DNA from: an uncultured Alphaproteobacteria bacterium
GTDB lineage: Bacteria; Pseudomonadota; Alphaproteobacteria; Rhizobiales; Beijerinckiaceae
NCBI GenBank assembly: GCA_963751165.1
Contig: CAVVTP010000011.1
Span: forward strand, 164,995 to 228,994
Direction: 5' to 3'
DNA: 64,000 nt
Every line of letters begins with the position of its first letter. Position 1 is the first letter of the stretch. The position numbers and the translations under genes are program-made. The notes below the pieces were generated by a model. It was not told the origin of the DNA. It saw only the letters and a list, made by a program, of their open reading frames with translations, and searched no databases. Below are positions 38,425 to 51,414 of the stretch, one piece after another.

Positions 38425-40062
38425 CCGCATTTCTCACAGCTCCATGGCGGCGCGCTTGCTGTTTGAGCGCGGCCGCGTTGCCCAAGCCTTGATGGCAGAA
38501 AGGCCTTGTGGCGGGAATTACAGGCGCACGGCGGCGGCCGCCGGATCGGCGGCGCTATTTTGGGTTATGTCGACTGTGCGCTGTCTGGTTCGTCAGATCG
38601 CCGCTGCGGCGAGCCGGACGTGGGCGATCCGGAATTCGCGCGGGTTGGGGAAGGATGAGGCCATGGCGAGCTTGATGCGGCGGACCGAGATTCGCACCAG
38701 CGCGCCGATCTTGAGCAACTTGAGACGGATGGTTGCGCAATTGGCCTTGGCGAACTGCGTGCGCTTGAGGCCGATGCGGCGCACGGCGCACAAGAGAATG
38801 TAGGCGAAGGAGGCAAACCACAGCCGCAGCTGATTGGCGCGCATGGTTGCGGTCGAGGTGCGGTCGGCGAACAGGTCGGCTTGGCATTCCTTGATCCGGT
38901 TCTCCATGTCGCCGCGGGCGCAATAGACCTTCTCGTAGAGACGCCGGGCGCCGGTCTCTTCTCGGCTGAGCGAAGTGACGACGAAGCGCGGGTTGGCCTC
39001 GCCTTGCGTCCATTCCGCCTTGGCGATGACCGGCGCTCGCGCGACCAACTGTCCAGCGTGGTCCACGAGAACTCCTTGAAGCGGCGCACCGGCTTTCCGC
39101 TCGCCTCCGCCGCAGCCTTGGCCGCGGCCAACTCGCGCTCGATCATCGCGGCGAGACGGGCGTTGCGCGCCAGACCGAACAGATAATCGACCCGGTTGGC
39201 CTCGCACCAGGCCATCAACGCTTCGCGGGCGAAGCCGGAATCGGCGCGCAGCAAGATGCGGGTGTGCGGCCAGCGAGCGCGGATCTGCGCCACGATGCGG
39301 GCGATCTCCTCCACCGCCCCGGCGGAAGCGTCGATGTCGGCTTTGCGCAGCTTCGCCGCCAGGAGATGGCGGCCGCAGAACACGTAAAGCGGCAGATAAC
39401 AATAGCAGTCGTAATAGCCGTGGAAGAACCGGCCCTCCTGATGGCCGTGCAGCGGGTCGTCGGTGGCGTCGAGATCGAGGATGATCTGCTTCGGCGGGCG
39501 GCGATGCGCCTCGACGAACAGGTCGACCGGCAGCCGCTCGATCATCGCCGCATCGTGGCTGATCTTGTGATAGCGGGTCGGCAGCGGCCGGCTGAGCTCG
39601 AGCCGGTTCAGCGTCGACTTGCCCGCCACCGCAGCGCAATCCTCGCGCCGCGCTTCCAGCTTGCCGGCGAGGATCGCCATCACCGGGTCATGGCGCAGGT
39701 GATCGTGATCGTTGAGGTCCTCATAGCCGAGCGCCAGTCCGAACACCCGCTGGCCGATCAGCGTCTTGACCTCGTGCTCGATCAGGTCCTGGCGGCGCGC
39801 GTCGCGGAAGCAGGCGGCGAACCGATCGATGAGACCGATCGCCCGGTCGGTTGAGCCAAGCAGCGTCGCGCCGGCGTCCGAGGTGATGCTTCCGCCGTCG
39901 AAAGCAGCCACCACCCAACGTCCTTCAACCGGTTCAAATTCAAACAAATCCGGGATACAGTCTGTTTGCATCGAGGCACCTCGCGAGTCAAGCTAAGCTG
40001 TTGCTGCACAACATACTTTCGCTGATTCGGGCCTCGATGACCTACTGTTTGAGAAATCCGGG
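38425..40062 (-). mobile_element. IS1380-family insertion sequence (1638 bp) flanked by a 4-bp CTAG target duplication
   Basis: IRs CCGCATTTCTCACAGC... / ...CTGTTTGAGAAATCCGGG (reverse complement CCCGGATTTCTCAAACAG). CTAG is directly duplicated at 38421-38424 and 40063-40066. Removing the IS restores the host gene. Confidence 0.75.
38565..39971 (-). CDS. IS1380-family transposase with a frameshift near 39050-39100
   Basis: N-terminus MQTDCIPDLFEFEPVEGRWVVAAFDGGSITSDAGATLL...DATDDPLHGHQEGRFFHGYYDCYCYLPL. The C-terminal DDE part (...LYEKVYCARGDMENRIKECQ...) is in a second frame (ORF 38593-39639). Confidence 0.75.
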   Translation of the reverse strand: MQTDCIPDLFEFEPVEGRWVVAAFDGGSITSDAGATLLGSTDRAIGLIDRFAACFRDARRQDLIEHEVKTLIGQRVFGLALGYEDLNDHDHLRHDPVMAILAGKLEARREDCAAVAGKSTLNRLELSRPLPTRYHKISHDAAMIERLPVDLFVEAHRRPPKQIILDLDATDDPLHGHQEGRFFHGYYDCYCYLPLYVFCGRHLLAAKLRKADIDASAGAVEEIARIVAQIRARWPHTRILLRADSGFAREALMAWCEANRVDYLFGLARNARLAAMIERELAAAKAAAEASGKPVRRFKEFSWTTLDSWSRERRSSPRRNGRKARPTRASSSLRSAEKRPAPGVSTRRSIAPAATWRTGSRNAKPTCSPTAPRPQPCAPISCGCGLPPSPTFSCAPCAASASSARSSPRPIAQPSVSSCSRSARWCESRSAASSSPWPHPSPTRANSGSPTSGSPQRRSDEPDSAQST

Positions 40063-40616
40063 CTAGCCGCCTCGACCGCTCCCATGTCCTCGACGTCCCA
40101 GCCGAACTGGTCGCAGATCGACCCGACCGTCCTCTTGGCGGCGACGTCGTTTCCGCAAATGAACATGGTCGGCCGTCCGCCGGCGAATTGCGGGTTGATC
40201 ATCTGCGCGGCGCCGACCGAATTGAACGCCTTGACGAAATAAGCATGCGGGTAAGCGCTTTGCAGCTGCTCCATCAGCAACTCCTTCATCGTGGTGAAGA
40301 ACGACAGGACGCCGTTGACCGGCGGCCCGCCGCCGATCGGATTGCAGGCGTCGATCACCGGCTTGCCGTCGAGCGCGGTACCGCCGCACTGATTGAGCGC
40401 CTCGAGCGCCGCCTCGCCCGCGATCGCGAGCACGACAACCTCGCCGAAGGCCGCGGCCTCGCCCATCGACTTCACCTGCGCGCCGGGGTTCTTCGCCGCC
40501 CACTCCTGGAGTTTTCCGGAATCGCGGGTTCCGATCGCGACCTCATGGCCGTGTTTCAAAAAGCCGCCGGCAAGCGTCTGACCGACGACGCCCGAGCCGA
40601 TGACGCCTACTTTCAT
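40063..40616 (-). CDS. COG2085-type NADP-dependent oxidoreductase (F420-reductase/ProC-like dinucleotide-binding), 5' part. The gene is interrupted by IS1380 near its 3' end.
   Basis: MKVGVIGSGVVGQTLAGGFLKHGHEVAIGTRD Rossmann N-terminus. The listed ORF tail after ...GAVEAA is IS-derived. Confidence 0.7.
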
Positions 40617-40764
40617 GGATCGTCTCCCTGGTGTCGGCCCCGCTCAGCATGCGCGGCTCCGGCAAGGTTAACCTGGGATGGGGCAAGCGGCTTCACAAGG
40701 GCGGAATTCCCCAGCGGCGCCGCGTTGCCCGGTTGCCGCCTGCCACGCACTGCCATACGTAACG

Positions 40765-40927
40765 CTCGATGGTTCTCTTCGGGGATCAGAAGGGAACATG
40801 GTGCAGGCCGAAAGGCCATTGCCGTGGCTGCCCCGCAACTGTAAGCGGTAAGATGACGCCACTTGTGATCACTGGGCAACCGGGAAGATCGGCGTCTGTC
40901 GTCGACCCGCGAGCCAGGAGACCTGCC
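40765..40927 (+). ncRNA. Cobalamin (adenosylcobalamin) riboswitch
   Basis: Conserved blocks in the canonical order: AGAAGGGAAC...GGTG...GCTGCCCCGCAACTGTAAGCGG...GCCACTtG (B12 box)...GGGAAG...AGCCAGGAGACCTGCC. A hairpin plus T-run (TGCTGTTTCCCCAAACAGCA...CTCGAGTTTTTT) follows at about 40990-41045. Confidence 0.85.
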
Positions 40928-41179
40928 ATCGCTCGTGCAGCCGATCTCGGGCGAGGTGACCGATGGTTTGTCTCTTTAGCGGCATCACCCGGCTTCGTGC
41001 TGTTTCCCCAAACAGCATGCGAGGGTGTCATGCCTGGAATTGTCTCGAGTTTTTTGAGGCCAAGTCGGAGTTTCCTGATCGGCATATTGGGCCCACCTCG
41101 GCGATGTCTCCTTAAAGACATGTCGGCGCCCCTTCTCGCGCCGAGGCCTGACGCGTCTTAACACCAGAGGGTTGCAAAA

Positions 41180-42814
41180 ATGGCCCGACGAGCCCGTGAC
41201 GTTCTGCTCGACATCCTCCGCGACGAGGGGATCACCCACGTATTCGGCAATCCCGGCTCGACCGAAATGCCGCTGATGGACGCGCTCGTCGACGCGCCGG
41301 ACATCACCTACGTCCTCGGCCTCCAGGAGGCCACGGCGGTCGGCATGGCGGATGGGTGGGCGCTGGCGTCGGGGCGGGCGGGCTTCGTCAGCCTGCATGC
41401 GATGGGCGGACTCGGCAATGCAATGGGGGTGCTGGTCGCCTCCAAGGCGAGCGAGACGCCGCTTGTCATCACCGCGGGACAGCAGGACACCCGTCACCTG
41501 ATGACCGAGCCCTGGCTGTCGGGCGACCTCGTCGCGCTCGCCGCGCCAGTGACCAAATGGGCGAAGGAAGTTCGGCGCGGGGAGGACGTCGGGCAAGCGC
41601 TGCGCCGCGCCTTCACGGTCGCGCGCACCGCGCCTTCAGGACCGGTGTTCCTGTCGCTGCCGATGGACGTCCTCGACCAGGAGGTGAGCGGCAAGACCCC
41701 GCGGGCCTCCGCTCCGCCGCGCCTCGGGGCCTCGCCCGATGCGGCGCGCCTTGCCGAGCTTCTCGCAACACTCGATCCGGACAAGGTGGTCGTTTTGCTC
41801 GGCGACGACCTGTCGGCCTCGATCAGCGCGGGCTTGACCGCCTTCGTCGAGGCGGGCGGATTCCCGGTCTGGGGGACGCAGCTTACCTCACGCGTCGCCT
41901 TTCCCTCGGGCCATCCCTCACGGGCGGGCGTCATGAAGCCGGACTTCGCCGTGATGCGCGAGCATTTCGCCAACGCCCAGGCGATCGTGCTCGTCGGCGG
42001 ACGCGCTTTCGTCGCTTATCCCTATCGCGCCGCCGAGCCGGTGCCGGAAGGCGTCGCCATTCTGCACATTGCCGACAATCCGGAGGCGTTCGGCCGCGAG
42101 CAGGCCGCCGACCTAGCGCTCCTCGGCGACGTTGGCCTGACGCTCTCCGCCGCGGCGAAGCGACTCGCCGACATTGTCGACCGCGACCGGGTTGAAGTCT
42201 TGCTCGCCGCACGCGGCGCGAAGAAGCGCGCCGTGATGGAGGCGTTGCGGGCGGAGATTCTTGCCGAGACCGACTCGCCGCTTTCTGCGGACGCAGCGGT
42301 GCTGGCGGCGCTCGATGCGTTGCCGGCAACCGCGCTGATCGCAAACAACTCCGCCGCCACCTTCGGCCGGGTGCAAGACCTGCTCATCACCCGGCCCGGT
42401 CGCTACTTCTTCGCCCGCGGCGGGGTGCTCGGCTGTAACATGCCCGCCGCCATCGGCGCGTCCTTGGCCGGCGCGGACTGGGTCGCCTCATTCGTTGGCG
42501 ACGGCGGGGCGATGTATTCGCCGCAGGCCCTTTGGAGCGCCGCGCATTACCGGGCGCGGGTGATCTTCTTCGTGTTCAATAATCGCCGCTACGGCGTGCT
42601 GCAAAACGTCGCCACGAGCCTCGGCTATTCCAACGCCGTCGCCGGTCGGTTCGTCGGCATGGCTATCATCGAGCCGGCGATCGACTTTCAGGCGCTTTCG
42701 GCGTCGATGGGCGTGCCAGCGGTTCGGGCCGACGATCGCGCGGCGATCGGCGCCGCGGTCGTGAAGGCGCTCGAGCGGGACGGGCCGAGCCTGATCGAGA
42801 TCGGGATAAGGTAA
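41180..42814 (+). CDS. Thiamine-diphosphate-dependent enzyme of the benzoylformate decarboxylase / acetolactate-synthase-like family
   Basis: N-terminal MARRARDVLLDILRDEGITHVFGNPGSTEMP. ThDP motif GDGGAMYS...NNRRYG. 544 aa. Confidence 0.8.
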   Translation: MARRARDVLLDILRDEGITHVFGNPGSTEMPLMDALVDAPDITYVLGLQEATAVGMADGWALASGRAGFVSLHAMGGLGNAMGVLVASKASETPLVITAGQQDTRHLMTEPWLSGDLVALAAPVTKWAKEVRRGEDVGQALRRAFTVARTAPSGPVFLSLPMDVLDQEVSGKTPRASAPPRLGASPDAARLAELLATLDPDKVVVLLGDDLSASISAGLTAFVEAGGFPVWGTQLTSRVAFPSGHPSRAGVMKPDFAVMREHFANAQAIVLVGGRAFVAYPYRAAEPVPEGVAILHIADNPEAFGREQAADLALLGDVGLTLSAAAKRLADIVDRDRVEVLLAARGAKKRAVMEALRAEILAETDSPLSADAAVLAALDALPATALIANNSAATFGRVQDLLITRPGRYFFARGGVLGCNMPAAIGASLAGADWVASFVGDGGAMYSPQALWSAAHYRARVIFFVFNNRRYGVLQNVATSLGYSNAVAGRFVGMAIIEPAIDFQALSASMGVPAVRADDRAAIGAAVVKALERDGPSLIEIGIR

Positions 42815-42831
42815 GGCGGAGCGCCCCCGCC

Positions 42832-43605
42832 TTAGCGCTTTGGCGCGACCACGGCAAACATCGCGTTCTGCGGATCATGCGCCTGCACGATCCATTGCCC
42901 GCCGGGAACCTCATGCGGCCCGTTGATGATCCGCCCGCCGCGCGCCGTGATCCGCCCCGCCGCCGCCTCCGCGCCGTCGACATTGAAATAGTAGAGCCAG
43001 AACGCCGTCGGCGTCTGCGGCATGCGGGTCATGATGCCGCCTTGCTCGCCATGGCGGGTGTTGAACAAATGGTAGACGCCGATCGGTCCCATGTCGAACT
43101 CGCCGTCCTTGTTCCAGCCGAAGAAGCTGGAATAGAAATCGAAGGCCTTGCCGCCGTCGTCGGCGTGCAACTCATGCCAGCCGACCGTGCCCAGCGCGCC
43201 CGACGCCGCGGGCGGCGGCGGGTTCCCCTCCAAGTCGCGGAAGAGCATAAAGGTTCCGCCGTAAGGGTCGGCGACCACGGCGAATCGGCCGAATTCCGGG
43301 AATGTCGGTCGGCGCCTTGAACACCTTTCCGCCGGCCGCCATCAGCTTCGGCAGCGCGGCGTCGACGTCTTCGACCCAGATGTAGCCCATCCATGACGGC
43401 CTTGCGCCCATCGACTTGGCGTCGGGGGAATCGTCATCATTCCGGCGATCGGCGTCGTGCCGGCCGACACCACCTTGTAGGGGAAGTCGGCCATTCCGCT
43501 GTCCTCCGCCGTCCAGCCGAGCACATGCGTATAGAACCCGACCGCGGCGGCAAGGTCGTCGCCCATATACTCGTACCAGACGAATTTCCCGATCGGCGTC
43601 GACAT
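42832..43605 (-). CDS. Two-domain VOC (glyoxalase/bleomycin-resistance/dioxygenase) family protein, split by at least 2 frameshifts
   Basis: Three consecutive minus ORFs (43342-43605, 43172-43411, 42832-43278), each with a VOC fold (KFVWYEY...FYT.VLGW; ...GYIWVEDVDAA...; ...VGWHELHADD...FY...FGW). Confidence 0.6.
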
Positions 43606-43771
43606 GCGTTGGTCCTCCGCGATGCTGGAGTTGAAAGATTAGCGCCTCGCGGCGAAAAGATTAAGACCGGCGTCGGTTCCAGTCTGGTTCAGAAAATTCC
43701 GCGCCCGGCGCCAAGCGTCCCTCCCCCTATCCCGTTCGCTCAAGCGGCTCCGGATTGGCGCGCAAGTAATA

Positions 43772-47016
<3,245 letters not shown>

Positions 47017-47020
<4 letters not shown>

Positions 47021-47064
47021 GGCGCTTGGAGCGCAACGCCGATGCGAACGATTGCGGTCTTCAT
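47017..47064 (-). CDS. 15-codon leader uORF (MKTAIVRIGVALQAP) whose TGA overlaps the RND permease GTG start (GTGA)
   Basis: GAGGAA SD 4 nt before the ATG. The stop is out of frame but overlaps the start of the SD-less downstream gene. Reads as classic translational coupling or a leader-peptide arrangement. Confidence 0.35.
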
Positions 47065-47258
47065 GTTTCCTCGTCCGGGCGGCCTTGCAAACGGGCGTCA
47101 GGCCACAAGCTCAATCGATTTTCCTGCTCGAGAGGTCTCTCTTCCTCAACAGTGGCGACGAGATGTCAGCGATTGGCGCCGAAAAGATGAAGACCCGGAC
47201 ATGCGCTGGTGTGAGAATCGGAAGGAGGGCCAGCCTTCCGCATCTGGAGGATGACAAC

Positions 47259-47513
47259 TCACTTGACCTTGCTGTTCGGGTCGCCCGATCGCGCCCGCAC
47301 GTAAGCACGCTCACCCGTGCGCGGCGCGAGCCACACCTCGATCAGCTCGCCCGACTGCGGATCGACGAAGCGTTCGCCGGTGAATGTCCAGTCGCGCCCC
47401 GGCGGCGCGTCCAAAGGGCGCCGCTTGTAGCCGCCGCTGCGGAACAGGAGCCAGACCAGGACGAGCGCGGCTGGAACCGCAATCCAGAAGAGCGAGGCGA
47501 GGCAGACGGTCAC
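47259..47513 (-). CDS. Small membrane-anchored hypothetical protein (N-terminal TM, about 84 aa), translationally coupled to ybjQ
   Basis: GTG at 47513 overlaps the ybjQ TGA (GTGA). VTVCLASLFWIAVPAALVLVWLLFRSGGYKRRPLDAPPGRDWTFTGERFVDPQSGELIEVWLAP... Confidence 0.45.
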   Translation of the reverse strand: MTVCLASLFWIAVPAALVLVWLLFRSGGYKRRPLDAPPGRDWTFTGERFVDPQSGELIEVWLAPRTGERAYVRARSGDPNSKVK

Positions 47514-47845
47514 GCCGCGCGTTCGATAACGGCTGCTGTGCCGTAAGCCACGATCTCGCTCATCGTATCGCCGATCTCGGCGCTGTCGTAGCGCATCATC
47601 AGGACGGCGTTCGCCCCCATGGCGGTCGCGTTCTGGACGAGCCGATCGAGCGCGTGGCGGCGCGCCTCCTCGAGAAGCTGGGTGTATTCGTGGATCTCGC
47701 CGCCGACGATCGAACGCAAGCCGGCCATCAGATTGCCGCCGAGGCCGCGGCTGCGGACCACGACGCCGAAACATTGTCCGAGCGTCTGCACGGTCCGATG
47801 CCCGGCGACGTTCTCCGTCGTTGCGATGATCATTGGCGACTCCAA
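47510..47845 (-). CDS. ybjQ: YbjQ/UPF0145 (DUF74) family protein
   Basis: MESPMIIATTENVAGHRTVQTLGQCFGVVVRSRGLGGNLMAGLRSIVGGEI...ANAVLMMRYDSAEIG matches the UPF0145 family over its full length. Confidence 0.8.
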   Translation of the reverse strand: MESPMIIATTENVAGHRTVQTLGQCFGVVVRSRGLGGNLMAGLRSIVGGEIHEYTQLLEEARRHALDRLVQNATAMGANAVLMMRYDSAEIGDTMSEIVAYGTAAVIERAA

Positions 47846-47904
47846 GAGCTTGCGAAGAATTGGCGCGGCCGTCGCGCCTCCGCCGGATTATAGCGAACGA
47901 GAGC

Positions 47905-48591
47905 TTACTCAACCGTTCCGCGCTTCGTCGCGCCTCGCGGCGCCTTCCGCCGCGGCGCCGGGCCGCACAGCGCGTAAACGGCGTCGTCGACGATCGGCTC
48001 GATCGCGGCGCGCGGAATGCGGGCGCGGGCGCGGATCGACAGCGTATGGACTGCGGCCGAAGCGACGCGCGCCAGGCGCCGCGGATCGGCCTCGGCAGGA
48101 AGCTCGCCCGCGGCCCGCGCCGCCTCGAACAGGCGCTCGAAGGCGCGATCGGTACTGTCGATCGCTTCCACGACAATCTTGCGAATCTCTGGGTCGGAGA
48201 CCGCGTCGGAGGAGGCGCTGAGCACGGTGAAGCAGCCGCGCGGACCCTCTTCGCCGCTGAGATAGAGATCGAGCGCGGCAAGAAGGATGCGCCGCAGCTT
48301 GTCGCGCAGCGGCGCCTTCTCGGCGAACAATGGTGCGAATGCGTCGCGCACATGCTCGCGGTAGCGGCGGTATGCCTGGACGTAAAGCGCGCGCTTGTCG
48401 CCGAAGGCGCCGTACAGGCTCGGCCGGTTGAGCCCGGTCGCAGCGCTCAGGTCGTCGAGCGAGGTCGCTGCGAAGCCGTCCTTCCAGAAGGCCTCCATGA
48501 CGTGGGTCAGGGCCGCACCGGCCTCGAATGCGCGCGGGCGGCCCGGTCGGCGGGGCGGGACTGCGGAAGATGCGCGTAGCTTTTGTACCAT
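47905..48591 (-). CDS. TetR-family transcriptional regulator
   Basis: N-terminal HTH GRPRAFEAGAALTHVMEAFWKDGFAATSLDDLSAATGLNRPSLYGAFGDKRALY. Confidence 0.8.
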   Translation of the reverse strand: MVQKLRASSAVPPRRPGRPRAFEAGAALTHVMEAFWKDGFAATSLDDLSAATGLNRPSLYGAFGDKRALYVQAYRRYREHVRDAFAPLFAEKAPLRDKLRRILLAALDLYLSGEEGPRGCFTVLSASSDAVSDPEIRKIVVEAIDSTDRAFERLFEAARAAGELPAEADPRRLARVASAAVHTLSIRARARIPRAAIEPIVDDAVYALCGPAPRRKAPRGATKRGTVE

Positions 48592-48674
48592 TTTGCACAA
48601 AACTCTTGACTGAATCTATTTTATGCGAAAAGGTACATAAACAGCCAAACAGATAATCGCCAGGGAGAATCGCA

Positions 48675-49322
48675 TGGACCTGTTCTTTTCCCCGCTCGCC
48701 TGCTCGATGTCGGCGCGCATCGCCTTCGCCGAGGCAGGGGCTGACGGTCAATTTCATCGAGGTCGATCCGAATACGAAAAGGGTGCTCGCGACGGGTGAG
48801 GATTATCGGGCCATCAACCCGGTTGGCTACGTGCCGGCGCTCCGCCTCGACGACGGAACCGTGCTGACCGAGAACGCCGCCATCCTGCAATATATCGCCG
48901 ACGCCTTTCCCGAGGCGAAGCTTGCCCCGCCCGCGTCCGACGCTCTCGCGCGGGCGAGGCTGCGGCAATGGCTGAGCTTCGTGGGAAGCGAACTGCACAT
49001 CGGCCTGATGACGCCTCTGCTCGGGCGCGAGACGCCGCCCGAGGTCAAGGCCTGGGTGGTGAAGAAATACCTCTCCCGCTTCGCCTACCTCGACGGCAAG
49101 CTGGCGGGGCGGGAGTTCCTGCTCGAAACCTTCAGCGTCGCCGACGGCTATCTGGCGACGGTGCTGAACTGGACCCAGGCGACGCCCGAGATCCACCTCG
49201 CGTCCTATCCGAACATGAAGGCCTATCTCGACCGCATGCGCGCAAGGCCGAGCATGGCCGCGGCGCTCAGCGTCGAGATCCCGCTGTTCCGGGCGGAGAT
49301 GGCGCGACGGAAAGCGGCCTGA
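48675..49322 (+). CDS. Glutathione S-transferase, with a 1-nt insertion (GACGgTCAAT) near 48744 splitting the N-terminus from the listed ORF 48783-49322
   Basis: MDLFFSPLACSMSARIAFAEAGAD then, after removing one G, VNFIEVDPNTKRVLATGEDYRAINPVGYVPALRLDDG... is a contiguous GST N-terminal thioredoxin-like domain. Confidence 0.75.
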   Translation, partial: WTCSFPRSPARCRRASPSPRQGLTVNFIEVDPNTKRVLATGEDYRAINPVGYVPALRLDDGTVLTENAAILQYIADAFPEAKLAPPASDALARARLRQWLSFVGSELHIGLMTPLLGRETPPEVKAWVVKKYLSRFAYLDGKLAGREFLLETFSVADGYLATVLNWTQATPEIHLASYPNMKAYLDRMRARPSMAAALSVEIPLFRAEMARRKAA

Positions 49323-50061
49323 GCGGTCGGGCAGCCAACAGTTCGTGGCGGCAAACCCAAGCCGTCGCGGCGTCGGTCCCACCCGGACGCGGCGCCGACC
49401 CCAAGTCGCCGCCAACGCGCAACAACACCCACCCATTCGCAAATCACCCGTTATCATAGGGGTAAAACAATCAAAGCCAGTGGATATTGCGCCAAAGTCC
49501 GGGGAAGCCGGAGCAAAGCCAAGGGAAGCCGGAGCAAACAAAAAGTCTTCCTAGAATCTATAATTTTCAAGGCTTTACACCGGAATCCAAATCGTTTGAT
49601 CGTTTGCGTCTCCGTGCCCCGCCTCCTCGCCCTTCTTGGCCCCCCTCGGGCGCCAGCCGGCCAATGAGCCTCCGATTCATCGCCGCCGCCCGATTTTTAT
49701 CCATGCCGGCGTCGTTTCCGCCTGGGCTGGACGGACTCTGTTCGAAAGTCGCTCAGACCACATTATGTTCCTTATTTGTTCACAGCGCAAGACATTTTCG
49801 AGGCGGCTGCCCGCCAGGGTTAATGGCTCCGCGCTCTGGGCGGGCATCCCGGGCGATCGATACGACGATGGGGCGCGCCCCGCGCGCGGCCTCGTGGCCG
49901 GGGCGCCGAAGCGGATCTCGGCGTAGCGCGCCGGAGGGTGATCAGGGCGCCCCGGCAATCGTTCCTCGACGCTCCGCCGCCGGTCCAGGCGGCAACCTGT
50001 CGCGGCCCTCCCGATCTAGGTATGATCCGCCCGGAAGGTCGGTCCCGACGAGGGTGGCAAA

Positions 50062-51408
50062 TTGAACACGACGCCCAATGACACGTCAGCCGATCCCGAG
50101 CAGGTCATAGCCGTCCTGCAAAGTCAGCTTGCAGAGTGCAAAGCCGAGCGTGACGAGGCGCTCAAGCAGCAGTCCGCAAGCGCCGAGGTGTTACAGGTGA
50201 TTAACGCATCGCTCGGCAATCTTGCGCCAGTTTTCGACGTCATTTTGGAAAAGGCGCACGGCCTCTGCGGCGCCGACCGTGGCAGCTTGTACATAACTGA
50301 TGGTGAGACCTTTCGCGCAGTGGCCGCGCACGGTCTGTCACCTGCGTTTGCGCAATTGATAAGACAGCCATTTCACCCGGGCCCGAACCACCCCGTCCAA
50401 CAGTTGATCGGTGGTTGTTCGTTTGCTTCAGTTCAGGATGCAACTGAGGTCGACGACCCAATTATACAGAGTTCACTCAAGCTTTCCGGCATGCGCAGCG
50501 CGTTATTTGTGCCGTTACGAAGAGACAAGGTTCTATTGGGCTATGTGGTCGCAAGTAGCCCTGATGTGCGGGTATTCACCGACAAGCAGATCGCGCTGCT
50601 ACAAAACTTCGCTTCTCAGGCGGTCATTGCGATGGAGAACGCGCGGCTGCTCGACGAACTGCGCGAGCGCACCGATCAGATAGCGGAGCTGAACCGCGGT
50701 CTCGAAGCGCGGGTCGCAGAACAGGTCGCGGAGTTGGGACGGATCGGGCGACTGAAGCGGTTTCTGGCTCCGCAGCTGGCGGAGTTGATCGTGTCGCAAG
50801 GCAACGAGCAGATCCTCGAAAGCCATCGCCGCGAGATCGTCGTCGTGTTCTGCGATTTGCGCGGTTACACCGCCTTCACCGAGACGGCCGAACCAGAGGA
50901 AGTGCTCGATCTGCTGCGCGAGTACCACGGCGCGTTGGGACCTCTCGTCCTTCAATTCGAGGGGACGCTCGACCAGTTCTCGGGCGACGGGATTATGGTG
51001 TTCTTCAATGACCCGGTCCCCTGTCCCGATCCGGCGGAGCGCGCGATCAAGATGGCAGTGACGATGCGGCAAGCCGCCGGCGCATTGACTGCCAAGTGGC
51101 GCCGGCGCGGCCGTGAGCTGGGCTTTGGCGTCGGGATAGCTCAGGGCTATGCGACATTGGGCCAGATTGGTTTCGCTGATCGCTCCGGCTACACCGCGAT
51201 CGGCACGGTATGTAATCTTGCCGCCCGTCTCTGCGCGGAGGCCAAGGACGGACAAATCCTTGTCGCCCAGCGAGTCGCCGTCGAGGTCGAGAAGGCGACG
51301 ACGCTCGAAGAAATGGGAGCGCTTGCCCTGAAGGGGTTGAGAGAGCCTGTGGTAGCTTTCAACGTGCCGCTAACCGTCGGGCCCACCGATAATATCTCAT
51401 CGAAGTAA
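50062..51408 (+). CDS. GAF-domain sensor fused to a class III adenylate/guanylate cyclase
   Basis: N-terminal coiled coil. GAF domain (LYITDGETFRAVAAHG...). C-terminal CYC domain (VVVFCDLRGYTAFTE...FSGDGIMVFFNDP...GIAQGYATLGQIG). Confidence 0.8.
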   Translation: MNTTPNDTSADPEQVIAVLQSQLAECKAERDEALKQQSASAEVLQVINASLGNLAPVFDVILEKAHGLCGADRGSLYITDGETFRAVAAHGLSPAFAQLIRQPFHPGPNHPVQQLIGGCSFASVQDATEVDDPIIQSSLKLSGMRSALFVPLRRDKVLLGYVVASSPDVRVFTDKQIALLQNFASQAVIAMENARLLDELRERTDQIAELNRGLEARVAEQVAELGRIGRLKRFLAPQLAELIVSQGNEQILESHRREIVVVFCDLRGYTAFTETAEPEEVLDLLREYHGALGPLVLQFEGTLDQFSGDGIMVFFNDPVPCPDPAERAIKMAVTMRQAAGALTAKWRRRGRELGFGVGIAQGYATLGQIGFADRSGYTAIGTVCNLAARLCAEAKDGQILVAQRVAVEVEKATTLEEMGALALKGLREPVVAFNVPLTVGPTDNISSK

Positions 51409-51414
51409 GCGTAC

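Noticed and set aside
40769-41161. 130-aa ORF annotated across the riboswitch region
   Set aside because: Its first 55 codons are the cobalamin riboswitch aptamer itself. The sequence is explained as structured RNA, not protein.
47259-48353. 364-aa ORF upstream of the RND gene
   Set aside because: Only the last about 84 codons (from the GTG at 47513, coupled to the ybjQ stop) look protein-like. The remainder is an Arg-rich antisense read-through across ybjQ and tetR.
49487-50065. 192-aa ORF in the GST-cyclase spacer, and a tandem GGGAAGCCGGAGCAAAGCCAAG x2
   Set aside because: The translation is low-complexity P/R/S-rich with no motifs. The tandem is only two units, too small to call a CRISPR or VNTR. 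Treated as promoter-region sequence.
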